This document shows, piece after piece, positions 1 to 8,203 of a stretch of 24,000 nt of DNA (within the stretch, counting starts at the first letter, position 1; each line of letters starts with the position of its first letter). Source of the DNA: Dongia soli (GTDB lineage: Bacteria > Pseudomonadota > Alphaproteobacteria > Dongiales > Dongiaceae); assembly GCF_034044715.1 (NCBI RefSeq), contig NZ_JAXCLW010000010.1, positions 73,147 to 97,146 on the forward strand. The letters run 5' to 3'. A program made the position numbers and the translations under genes. Below the pieces are notes generated by a model that worked only from the letters and a program-made list of their open reading frames with translations, made no database searches and was not told the origin of the DNA.

Positions 1-46
1 GCAATTGCAGGATGGAGCTGCGGCCGGTGGTGCTCTCGTCACTCAT
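1..46 (-). CDS. 5' end of a gene running off the left edge; possibly the ATP-binding subunit of the ABC importer served by the adjacent binding protein
   Basis: Reverse complement of 1-46 reads ATG AGT GAC GAG AGC ACC ACC GGC CGC AGC TCC ATC CTG CAA TTG = MSDESTTGRSSILQL. An ILQL-type beginning is typical of ABC ATPase N-termini. It lies 134 nt downstream of the binding-protein stop on the same strand. Only 15 codons are visible and the SD is weak. Confidence 0.25.
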   Translation of the reverse strand, partial: MSDESTTGRSSILQL

Positions 47-180
47 AGTCCCGGTAATCCGTCATGAACGCCATAGGCAATTGGAAATTCATCGGGGCCG
101 CGACCAAGCCATGCGGGATAGCGCATGCCCGGTCGCGGCCCGGCAATTGGTTGCGGCTGCCGAGCCGAGAGCGCCGATGC

Positions 181-1344
181 TCATCCGCCGGAAGCTTCAC
201 GCTTCGCCGCCGACATGATGTCCAGCAGCTTGTCGTAATCCGGGACGATGTCATATTCGATCGACCGCGACATTTCCTCTTCCAGGCTGTCCCATTGGAT
301 CGCGTCGAGCTCCTCTTTGGTGAAGAGATCGAAGCATTCCTTATTGCCCATCTGGGCGACCGGATTGAAGGTACCTTCGGCGAAGGCCACGATGTGGGCG
401 GTCTTGGGATCCTGAACATATTGCAGGAACTCCACCGCCAAGGGCGAGACATCCGGATTGTTGACGACCGATGTCACCTCGATCCAGGAGATGCCGCCCA
501 AACCGTCGCGCATCGGTCCCTTTTTTGGTGTGATGCCGCGGATATTGGTGGCGCCATCATGGCGCGCCGGTGAGGCCGAATAGGTGCCGCCGGTCAGATG
601 GAAATCGATCTCGCCGGAAATCATCGCCTGGTTCATCGTGGCGATATCGCCGACCATCTTGGCGCCCTTGAAGACGCGCTTGGCGGCCTCGGTGAATTTC
701 GCCACTTCGGCATCGTCGTGCTGCTTGAACGGATCGAAGCCGGCGATGCAGCAGATGCCGAAGACATTCCAGTCATCGGATTCCAGAACGCCGTATTTCT
801 TGCTATTCGCCGGGTCGTTCCACAGATCCCAGCCCTGGTCCTCTGCCGTCTGCCGGCTCACCTTGTCGGTGTTGACGACGAAACTATAGGGGCCGAAGCG
901 CTGGCACATGCCCAGCAGCTCCTTGCCGCCGTCATCCATCGCCCATTTATAGGGCGGCTTGAACATCGGCAGCATCTTCTCGAAATAAGGCTCCATCTTG
1001 GCCCGGTCCAGCGGCTTGATCAGCTTTTCCGGATACATGATCTTGCGGGCCCAGGGATTGTTGACATTGATCAGATCCCAGACGTTGATTTCGCCCGCCC
1101 GCAACCGGTTGATCATGGTGGGGTCATTGGTGAGTGATTCGGCCTTGACGGTCGCGCTCTTCGATTCACGGAAGGGATCGAGCACCTGGGCCGAGTTGTA
1201 GCCCTCCCAGCAGAGAATATTGAGCTCCTTCGGACGCGCCGCCAAAGCTGATCCCAGGCCTGCAACGCCGCCGGTCGCAAAGGCCGCCGCTGCGGCAGCC
1301 GATGTCTGCATGAAATTACGCCGTGACTGCTTGAACTGCCTCAT
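181..1344 (-). CDS. ABC transporter periplasmic substrate-binding protein, PotD/PotF-like (family 1), with twin-arginine signal peptide
   Basis: 387-aa ORF. The N-terminus is SRRNFMQTSAAAAAAFATGG...GSALA (Tat-type RR motif, hydrophobic core, AxA cleavage site). The body resembles polyamine-type binding proteins (LNILCWEGY, WDLINVNNPW). A strong SD GGGAGGA lies about 5 nt upstream of ATG 1344. Confidence 0.9.
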   Translation of the reverse strand: MRQFKQSRRNFMQTSAAAAAAFATGGVAGLGSALAARPKELNILCWEGYNSAQVLDPFRESKSATVKAESLTNDPTMINRLRAGEINVWDLINVNNPWARKIMYPEKLIKPLDRAKMEPYFEKMLPMFKPPYKWAMDDGGKELLGMCQRFGPYSFVVNTDKVSRQTAEDQGWDLWNDPANSKKYGVLESDDWNVFGICCIAGFDPFKQHDDAEVAKFTEAAKRVFKGAKMVGDIATMNQAMISGEIDFHLTGGTYSASPARHDGATNIRGITPKKGPMRDGLGGISWIEVTSVVNNPDVSPLAVEFLQYVQDPKTAHIVAFAEGTFNPVAQMGNKECFDLFTKEELDAIQWDSLEEEMSRSIEYDIVPDYDKLLDIMSAAKREASGG

Positions 1345-1549
1345 ATCATCCTCCCAGGATCGCTCGGCCGTTGCGTCGCGCGGCCTTTCCGGCCGCGGCC
1401 GATTATCCGCCTGCTCCCCTGCAGACGTGTTATGGGTGCCGGCGGAGCGCTTGCTGCGTCCCGGTTATGATTCCGGCTCTACAAACAATAGAAGAGGCCA
1501 GCCGCCTAATCTTGACATTGCGGCCGGCAATTTTGACATCCTGCGCCGG

Positions 1550-2284
1550 TCAAACGCTTGTCAGGCTAAGCCACTGGCGGATGAGATGGTGACACACCTG
1601 ACGGTAATCGGCAAAACTTGTTGCGAACTGCCGGTCGAGATCGGTTAATAGCCGTGGCTCATCGCGACAAAAGGCAGCGCCGAATACCCGGATCCAGTCG
1701 CGCACGATGTCAATCGTTACCTCGATATGGAATTGCAGCCCATAAGTGGCCCGGCCAAGACGGAATGCCTGGACCGGACAGGCGCCACCCGTCGCCAAAG
1801 TGACGGCGCCTGGTGTCCCGCGGGTTGCTTCATAATGATTCTGGAAGACCGTAAACGGCTCATCGACCGCGCGAAACAGCGGATCCGCCCGTCCAGCCTC
1901 GGTCAATTCCATGTCATAAAAGCCGGATTCGAAGGCCGCCATGCGATAGACCTCGCCGCCGAAACTGCGGGCGATGATCTGCGCGCCGAGGCAAATGCCG
2001 AGAACGGGTCTGTCGGCTGCGTGGAAGCCGACGATGAGGCGCATGGTTTCTTCTAGGAACGAATGCTTTCGAAGATCATTGGCACTCATCGGCCCGCCCA
2101 GCACGATCAGGCCGGCATAGGTGCCGGGCTCGCTCGGCAGGCCGGGATAATTCAGCGGCGCGTGGCTGGCAAAGCGGCTTTCCGGAAAGATTGCGTCATA
2201 GGCAAAGCCGTATTCGATTACCGCCTGTCCCAGGAGGCCGGGCGGCGCGACCAGTTCGGGAACGATGACCAGGATACGCCGCAT
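1550..2284 (-). CDS. Stand-alone class-I (type 1) glutamine amidotransferase-like protein
   Basis: 244 aa. It has the nucleophile elbow GICLGAQ and a C-terminal LQFHIE (His-Glu of the triad). No synthase domain is fused. The start lies 12 nt after the stop of the upstream isochorismatase-family gene. Confidence 0.9.
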   Translation of the reverse strand: MRRILVIVPELVAPPGLLGQAVIEYGFAYDAIFPESRFASHAPLNYPGLPSEPGTYAGLIVLGGPMSANDLRKHSFLEETMRLIVGFHAADRPVLGICLGAQIIARSFGGEVYRMAAFESGFYDMELTEAGRADPLFRAVDEPFTVFQNHYEATRGTPGAVTLATGGACPVQAFRLGRATYGLQFHIEVTIDIVRDWIRVFGAAFCRDEPRLLTDLDRQFATSFADYRQVCHHLIRQWLSLTSV

Positions 2285-2296
2285 GGGCAGTGACGC

Positions 2297-2989
2297 TCAA
2301 AGCCGCATCATGCCGATCAGCTCCTCTGCCGAGACGACATGGCAATAGATCATGTTGATGATGGCCAGTTCCTGTTCATGCAAAGCATGTGAGCCGGCGG
2401 CACAGCAATCCTCGACCACAACGACATTCAAGCTTTCATCAGCGAGGCTGCGCACGGTCGAGGACACGCATTGGTCAGTGAAGATGCCGGTGCAAATGAC
2501 ATTCTTGATGCCGAGATTGTGCAGGATCAGCCGCAGATTGGTACCCGTCAAGGCGCTGTCGGTCGTTTTGGTGACGACGATCTCGTCGCCCTGGGGCGCC
2601 AGTTCCGGCACGATCTGGGAGGCATGTTCGTCTTTCGGCAGGAGCAGATTGTTCCAGCCGGGCATTTTCTGACTGAGCGACCGGTCCCGGCCATCCTTGG
2701 TCTGGCAGGCGATGCGGGCAAACAGGCATTCCATGCCGTTCCGGCGAAACCGTTGCAGCAGATCGGCCGTGCGCGGAATGACCAGTTCTTGCATGCGCTC
2801 ATGGAACGGCGTCCAGGCGTCATAACTGGCGCGGTCGGCCGGCGAGACGCTGGCTCGGTCGGGACGGGCAAGATAAGTGTTCTGGACATCGATCACCAGC
2901 AAGGCGGTTTCCGATGGCGATAAATCAAGATCCGCCGGTTCCGGGGCATCCTGATAATAGAAGGAGCGGTGACGCGTTTTCCAACTCAT
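2297..2989 (-). CDS. Isochorismatase-family (cysteine) hydrolase
   Basis: 230 aa. Family triad motifs are present: LLVIDVQNTY (Asp), VVTKTTDSAL (Lys), TGIFTDQCVSSTVRSL (Cys). The start is 9 nt after the stop of the dehydratase small-subunit gene. Confidence 0.9.
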   Translation of the reverse strand: MSWKTRHRSFYYQDAPEPADLDLSPSETALLVIDVQNTYLARPDRASVSPADRASYDAWTPFHERMQELVIPRTADLLQRFRRNGMECLFARIACQTKDGRDRSLSQKMPGWNNLLLPKDEHASQIVPELAPQGDEIVVTKTTDSALTGTNLRLILHNLGIKNVICTGIFTDQCVSSTVRSLADESLNVVVVEDCCAAGSHALHEQELAIINMIYCHVVSAEELIGMMRL

Positions 2990-2998
2990 GGGGCACTC

Positions 2999-3445
2999 TC
3001 AAAAACGATAGGTGAACAGGCCGCGCCGTTCATAGACCTCGGCCGCCTGCTCAACGAATCCGGCCATTGTGCCGGCGCCATATTGCTCGCGCAGCAAGCG
3101 GGCGGCGTCAAGAAGCTCAATCTTGCTCTTGGCCCGGCCCGGGCGCAGCAACTCGTAGATTTGCAGGATGGTTTCCTGCGGCACGTCGACCAATTCCGCC
3201 GCCCGTTCGAAATTTCGCCCCAAGGTCGGCCGTCCCGCCGCTTCGGCAATTTCCGCCTGTAGCCGCAAAGCGCGTGGTGTGATGCGGAAATCTTCCAAAC
3301 TGGCGGCACCTTGTTCGACCGCTTCCAGGGTCAGATCGGCAAGGGACTTGTTCCGGGCAGAGACCACCAGATCGGGCCGTTTTTCCGCCAGCGGATAATC
3401 CCCAATCGTGAGGCCCAGCTTCATCCTATTGTCGTCTCGTATCAT
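2999..3445 (-). CDS. Coenzyme-B12-dependent diol/glycerol dehydratase small (gamma) subunit, PduE/PddC/DhaB3-like
   Basis: 148 aa. It aligns by eye with the gamma subunit (DYPLAEKRPDLV, ITPRALRLQAEIAEAAGR, LGRNFERAAEL, ILQIYELLRP). Its ATG overlaps the stop of the upstream gene (ATGA at 3442-3445). Confidence 0.9.
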   Translation of the reverse strand: MIRDDNRMKLGLTIGDYPLAEKRPDLVVSARNKSLADLTLEAVEQGAASLEDFRITPRALRLQAEIAEAAGRPTLGRNFERAAELVDVPQETILQIYELLRPGRAKSKIELLDAARLLREQYGAGTMAGFVEQAAEVYERRGLFTYRF

Positions 3446-5724
3446 GGCCGGTCCTCCAGAAAGTCGACCTCGATCTCTTCAGGTTGAGCACCGTCAACCG
3501 CCAGCGAGGTTTCGATGGCATAGATCAACGCGACCTGCGCATGAAACCGTGCACCCATGGCTTCTCCTTCGGTCGGCACGACAACCGGCTCAGGCATCTC
3601 GCCCTTTGCATAAATCGCGGCATTCTCCCCCAGCTGCCGGTAATGCGCGAGCTTGGTGATGGGGGCATTGGAGAAGAGCTCCAGGTTGTGATGCGGCAGC
3701 CGATCCGCTTGATGAATGACGGCCGTCCCCTTGGCCTGCAAGCCGATGCCAATGCCCGAGCCTGCCAACCGCGCGGCGCTGAGGCCGAGAAAGGAGGTGT
3801 CTGCCGTATGTCGCATCCGCACGATGCGCGGTTGACCGCCCTTTGCCGTAATTCCGCCAACCAGTTCGCGGAGCAGCGCCGATAGCGGATGGCCCGCCAG
3901 GCTGCGATAGAGCTTCAGGCCGAAGGCCGGGCTGAGGCCAATGACGACCTCATTCTTCGGCTGGCCGGGCTCGGCGCCGCCGAGAACCCGGTAGCGAATG
4001 CGGCGTTCCTCGTCACGGGCATAGGTGGCCTCGGTACGCAGCACTTCTTCACGGTCGAGCACATCGCGGATCGAAACCAATTCGCGTCGCCGCTGGTCGC
4101 TGAGGCGATAGCCGGTACCCGGTCCGGCATAATCATTCGCGTCATTGACGGCGCTGAGGACGCTGCCATTGCGAATGACCGACGAAGTCTGCAAATAATC
4201 GCCGGAGACCCGCAGGCGCACGACGTTCAACAGATTTTCGGCCTCCTCGCGATAACCCTGCCTGGCCAAGGCGCGGATGACATCCAATACATTGATGCCA
4301 CGTCTTTTGATCTCCTCGCTGATCAAGCTCACATCGCGCGGCAGATAACTCTCCGTATCATTGGAGCCGGAGGCGACGACGACACTGGCTTTCATCGCCG
4401 CGCTCGGCTGGCTGAGCTCCAAATCGGCGAGAACGGCGCTTAAGGCATCCACGGCACGCCGGCGCAGCGCCAGAGCTTCGCTTTCACCGATCGATTTCAA
4501 GCCGCCATCGGCTTCGAAATCCCGCTGCAGCACCAGGAAATCCTCCATTTCCTCGCCATTGAAGGAAGAGGGATTGAAGGAGTTGTCATATTTAAGGATT
4601 GAGCCGAATCCGGAACAGATCAAATCCGATCCGGCGATCAGGAGCGGCAGGATCTTGGCGCCGACGCGAATTTCCGATTCCGAATGCCGCGCATCATTGC
4701 CCGTTGCACATTCCAGGTCCAGCCAGACGGCGATCAGATTCTCGGCCATCAATTCGCGCACACCACCGGGCATGGTCGATGCGAGCGGGGCGCCGTCGAT
4801 GCCACCATTCTGCGTGCCCTGGACACCCATGGCACGCTGCAGGCAGAGACAGCGCGCTTCCAGGTAAAGCAGCGACTTCGATTCGTGAAAGCCCATCAGC
4901 AGTTCCGAGGCGGCACCCGAAGTGCAGCGCATCTTGATGCCGCGCGAAGCGTAAGCGGCGGCCAGAAAGGCCTTCGACCAGGGCGTATCATCGCCATCCA
5001 TGAACGCTTTTTCCGTGCCATAGACCGATACCGTCTCGGCATAGGAGGTGAAGCCGGCCATGCCGATCTGCAATTCTTCCGCTTCCTCGCTGGCGCATTG
5101 AAACAAGGTGCCCCAACGGCCGACGGCAGCGCCGACCGAACAGGCCAACGCATTTGCCCAGGCATTGCGAGCGACACGCATGGTGGTTTCGATCTCGTCG
5201 AAGCCGAAAGCCACGGCGGTCGCGGCATCCGCCGCCAATTGCAAGGGGTCGTCCTTGGCGTTGGTGACATGGGCCTGATTGCCCGGCGTCTTGCGTGCCC
5301 GCATCTTGGAGAAGGCATAGGCGATTTCGATCGACGACAATTGCGCCACCACCTCGGCCAGCTTGGCGGGGGTTAGGCCGTGGGCGAGGCGCGTCAGCTC
5401 GGTGCGAGGGATGTTGAAATCGACCAGCATCCGGGCGATCTCGGTGGACGGCATGGCCATGGCCTTGGGCGCCAGATCGAGATCGAGGTGATGCTCGGCT
5501 ATGAACACATCGATCATGTCGAAATCGGCGGCGGCGACCCCGTCCATCCGGGTGACGCGGCCGTTTTCGATGGCCAGGCCCGGTGCCGGGTCCTTGGCGC
5601 CCTTGAAAGCGGCAAAGCCATTTTGCGGATCTTCCACGGCAAACCGATCGAGCCGTAGCGGCCGCTCGTCCCAATCGGCGAAACGACGCCAGCGATTGGC
5701 GCTTTGCTGCTTTGGTTCGCTCAT
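3442..5724 (-). CDS. Coenzyme-B12-dependent diol/glycerol dehydratase, large (alpha) and medium (beta) subunits fused in one polypeptide
   Basis: 760 aa. Residues 1 to about 556 match PduC/PddA/DhaB1, with motifs QAHVTN, GFDEIETT, SYAETVSVYGTE, DDTPWSKAFLAAAYASRGIKMR, GVQGTQNG, LECATGND, SGFGS..YDN and NDANDYAGPGTGYRL. Residues about 589-760 match PduD/PddB/DhaB2 (VVIGLSPAFG, GSGIGIGLQAKGTAVIHQ, NLELFSNAP, YRQLGENAAIYAKG). SD GGAGAA lies upstream of ATG 5724. Confidence 0.95.
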   Translation of the reverse strand: MSEPKQQSANRWRRFADWDERPLRLDRFAVEDPQNGFAAFKGAKDPAPGLAIENGRVTRMDGVAAADFDMIDVFIAEHHLDLDLAPKAMAMPSTEIARMLVDFNIPRTELTRLAHGLTPAKLAEVVAQLSSIEIAYAFSKMRARKTPGNQAHVTNAKDDPLQLAADAATAVAFGFDEIETTMRVARNAWANALACSVGAAVGRWGTLFQCASEEAEELQIGMAGFTSYAETVSVYGTEKAFMDGDDTPWSKAFLAAAYASRGIKMRCTSGAASELLMGFHESKSLLYLEARCLCLQRAMGVQGTQNGGIDGAPLASTMPGGVRELMAENLIAVWLDLECATGNDARHSESEIRVGAKILPLLIAGSDLICSGFGSILKYDNSFNPSSFNGEEMEDFLVLQRDFEADGGLKSIGESEALALRRRAVDALSAVLADLELSQPSAAMKASVVVASGSNDTESYLPRDVSLISEEIKRRGINVLDVIRALARQGYREEAENLLNVVRLRVSGDYLQTSSVIRNGSVLSAVNDANDYAGPGTGYRLSDQRRRELVSIRDVLDREEVLRTEATYARDEERRIRYRVLGGAEPGQPKNEVVIGLSPAFGLKLYRSLAGHPLSALLRELVGGITAKGGQPRIVRMRHTADTSFLGLSAARLAGSGIGIGLQAKGTAVIHQADRLPHHNLELFSNAPITKLAHYRQLGENAAIYAKGEMPEPVVVPTEGEAMGARFHAQVALIYAIETSLAVDGAQPEEIEVDFLEDRP

Positions 5725-5939
5725 GATTTTCTCCGCCGGTGGTTGAGGCCGAGCCTCCAGGTCCGATCAGCTCCCACCCTAGCAATTTAGGACGCCATCC
5801 AGGCTTTTACTTGACCGGGGCCGCCGCCGGTTTGACAAGTAGAACTGATGTCGGGGATGGAGCGCACGCCGCAGTGCACAAAATGCGGGGGATTGCTGAA
5901 TACCCTGAGCAGAACGCGGCCTGGGACAATTGTCGCTTT

Positions 5940-6264
5940 TACCCTGTTGCATCTGATTTTTCGGCCGAATTTCCGTAGAATAAGCCGCCAAACAGCGTCA
6001 GTCCAATCGATTGCCGGCTGCTGGCGCCTGCGCTGGTGTCGGAACGCGAGGCAATACGCCGAAGATCGATGCCAATGCGGTCATGAGTACGCGACGGAAA
6101 CGTTGGCGTGTTCCAGCCATTGCCGCTTCGATGATACTCATGCCCTCCTCGTGCCGTCCCTTCGCGAATTCGATAATCAAAATGGCATTCTTGCCGCGCG
6201 CCCAATCGTAACAACTGTCACAGAGTCTCTCCTGCCACGACAAGCCGAGAACGATGCCGGGATT
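5940..6264 (-). pseudogene. Remnant of the C-terminal ~100 codons of an RND (AcrB/MexB-type) efflux pump, frameshifted and truncated at both ends
   Basis: One minus frame reads [49 protein letters not shown], the classic RND TM11-12 region. A second minus frame continues [18 protein letters not shown], then diverges and stops. The roughly 900 N-terminal codons are absent because pqiA ends at 6285. Confidence 0.6.
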
Positions 6265-6284
6265 GCGGCATTCCGTTTCTGATG

Positions 6285-7616
6285 CTAACGCGCTGGCACC
6301 GCGCTGGGTTGTGCCTGCAATGACCGGCGGGCCGCGGCCGCATCCCACATTAATCGCGGGTCGAAGATCTCAGCGGCGAACATCGTCAAGATGACCACGG
6401 CGCAAAAGGCGACCGCGCCCATGCCGGGCTCGATGGTGATGGCAGCGCCGAAACGCACCAGGGCGCCGAGCAGGGATTCCATGAAGATGTCGACCATGGA
6501 CCAGCGCCCGATCCACCGCACGACGTAATAGAGCCTGGTGCGGTCGCGCAGCCCGCCCGCATAGCCGGTCTGCACGGCGATCAGCATAATGGCCAGGCCG
6601 ATCAGCTTGAGCACCGGCACGACGATACTGGCAAAGAAGACCAAAGCGGCGAGGGGATACATATGCGCATCGAGCAATTCCTCAACGCCGCCGAGGATGG
6701 TGCTGGGCGCTCCGGCACCGAGCTGCATCACCGTCAAGACGGGGAAGTAGTTGGCGGGGATGTAGAGGATCGCCGCCGCGATGATCAGTGCCCAGGTACG
6801 GGAGACGCTGTTGGGCTTGCGGACATGAAGGGCGCTGCCGCAGCGCGGGCAACACGCATGTTTTCCTTGCGGCAGGCTGACGAGATGGCAGGTCTCACAG
6901 CCGACGGCCCCGGCGAGATTGGCCCGGGCGGGATGCAGTGGAATGCTCTCCGGATCGTGGTACCCGAGGCGCTGCCAGATCAGCTCGCGGTCCAGAGCGG
7001 CGTCAGCCCAGATGATGGTGATGGTGAGCGCCATGAGGGCGAAGACGCCGGTCTCGAGCGTGATATGCACAAGATCGCCCAGCTTCACATAAGCCACGAA
7101 GACGCCGAGGATGAAGACTTCGATCATCGACCAGGGGCGCAATTTCTCCGCCAAAGCAAAAACCCGCCGCAAATGATGTGGTGGTGCGGCTTCATGCAGG
7201 CGCAGCAGGACATAGAGCGTGCCGAGAAGCTTGCCGGCCGGTGCAATCACGGTCACGAAGACCACGACAACCGCCAGCATGCTCATACCGCGGCGTACGA
7301 GCTCCTCTGGCCCGGAAAAGAGACCGGCATGCAATGTGATGCCGGCTGTCTGCACATGCATCAGCGTCGTAGCGCACATGACCGCCATCAGCACGATGGA
7401 GGCGAGAGTGAGAGCGATGCTGTGATCCAAGGGATGTGTGCTGACGCTGTAGAGCGTGATGCCGCAGCGCGCGCATTGGGCGCGCATGCCGGGGCCGATG
7501 GCGGGAACCGATTGAAGCAGACCACAACCGCCGCATTCGCGAAGCTGCGGCTGTGCCGGGGGCATTGCCGTCAGAGTATCGCTAATGGGGGCATCTGCGG
7601 CCGTCATCGGCGTCAC
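6285..7616 (-). CDS. pqiA: PqiA-family integral membrane protein (paraquat-inducible protein A; duplicated PqiA domain)
   Basis: 443 aa. It has two CxxC...CxxC modules each followed by TM helices ([11 protein letters not shown]...CARCG; CETCHLVS...[41 protein letters not shown]). A GTG at 7616 overlaps the pqiC stop (GTGA). An alternative ATG is at 7607. Confidence 0.9.
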   Translation of the reverse strand: MTPMTAADAPISDTLTAMPPAQPQLRECGGCGLLQSVPAIGPGMRAQCARCGITLYSVSTHPLDHSIALTLASIVLMAVMCATTLMHVQTAGITLHAGLFSGPEELVRRGMSMLAVVVVFVTVIAPAGKLLGTLYVLLRLHEAAPPHHLRRVFALAEKLRPWSMIEVFILGVFVAYVKLGDLVHITLETGVFALMALTITIIWADAALDRELIWQRLGYHDPESIPLHPARANLAGAVGCETCHLVSLPQGKHACCPRCGSALHVRKPNSVSRTWALIIAAAILYIPANYFPVLTVMQLGAGAPSTILGGVEELLDAHMYPLAALVFFASIVVPVLKLIGLAIMLIAVQTGYAGGLRDRTRLYYVVRWIGRWSMVDIFMESLLGALVRFGAAITIEPGMGAVAFCAVVILTMFAAEIFDPRLMWDAAAARRSLQAQPSAVPAR

Positions 7617-8203
7617 CGCGCCGTTCTTCCTGTTGCGATTATGGGGGCGAGCTTATCGGCGAGCTGTCCCAAAGCGACGCTGATCGCTGCGACTTCCCCC
7701 TGAACATCCGAGCCCGACGGCGGCACGCTGAAGCGAAAGCTCTGCAGGCGGGGCGCTTCCTGGTCTTTGTAGTTGATGCTTGCCTGGGCCTGCAGGATGA
7801 CATGTCCCGCCGCATCCTGGTCGAGCCGCAGGATATTCAGCTCGACTGTCGCATCCGGTGAAACCGAGACCGCGCCGCTCTCGCCGAGCACTGTGCTTTG
7901 CGGCAGGCGCTGGCTGAGTTCCTCGACCAGAACGCGGCTAAGCATTGCCGATAAGGGTTCGCCCCACCAGTCATTCTCCAGCACATCCAGCTTATAGCCT
8001 TCCGAGGAACGGACGATCTGCTGCCGTTCCAGATAACGCGCAAGGGAAATCTGTTGGAGCACGATCACCGCAGGCCCGGCTTTGTGTTCGGCGCCCGATA
8101 CCGGGGCGATGGTGTAGAGCTGTGGGCTCGGCGAGGCGCAGCCGCCAAGCGCAACTGTCAATCCCAGCGTGGCAATGAAGAGTTGCCGCGGCATCTTTGT
8201 CAT
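7613..8203 (-). CDS. pqiC: PqiC-like outer-membrane lipoprotein (ABC-type transport auxiliary lipoprotein, DUF330/YmbA family)
   Basis: 196 aa. It has a lipobox signal peptide, LTVALGGC-ASPSPQLYTIAP. It sits immediately after pqiB with an ATGA overlap at 8200-8203. Size and N-terminal pattern match the YmbA/PqiC family. Confidence 0.8.
   Translation of the reverse strand: MTKMPRQLFIATLGLTVALGGCASPSPQLYTIAPVSGAEHKAGPAVIVLQQISLARYLERQQIVRSSEGYKLDVLENDWWGEPLSAMLSRVLVEELSQRLPQSTVLGESGAVSVSPDATVELNILRLDQDAAGHVILQAQASINYKDQEAPRLQSFRFSVPPSGSDVQGEVAAISVALGQLADKLAPIIATGRTAR

Noticed and set aside
1512-1538. Direct repeat of TTGACAT (1512-1518 and 1533-1539) flanking a CGGCCG-centred near-palindrome, resembling tandem -35 boxes.
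   Set aside because: They are on the plus strand, where no gene follows. On the minus strand, which drives the binding-protein gene, I could not pair them with a credible -10. It may be a regulator site, but the evidence is too thin to call.
5725-5939. Possible riboswitch, leader or small gene in the long gap upstream of the dehydratase operon (ORFs 5739-5978 plus and 5779-5991 minus).
   Set aside because: I could find no conserved RNA motif, no convincing promoter hexamers, and the small ORFs have no SD or recognisable sequence. The region is treated as non-coding, adjacent to the RND scar.
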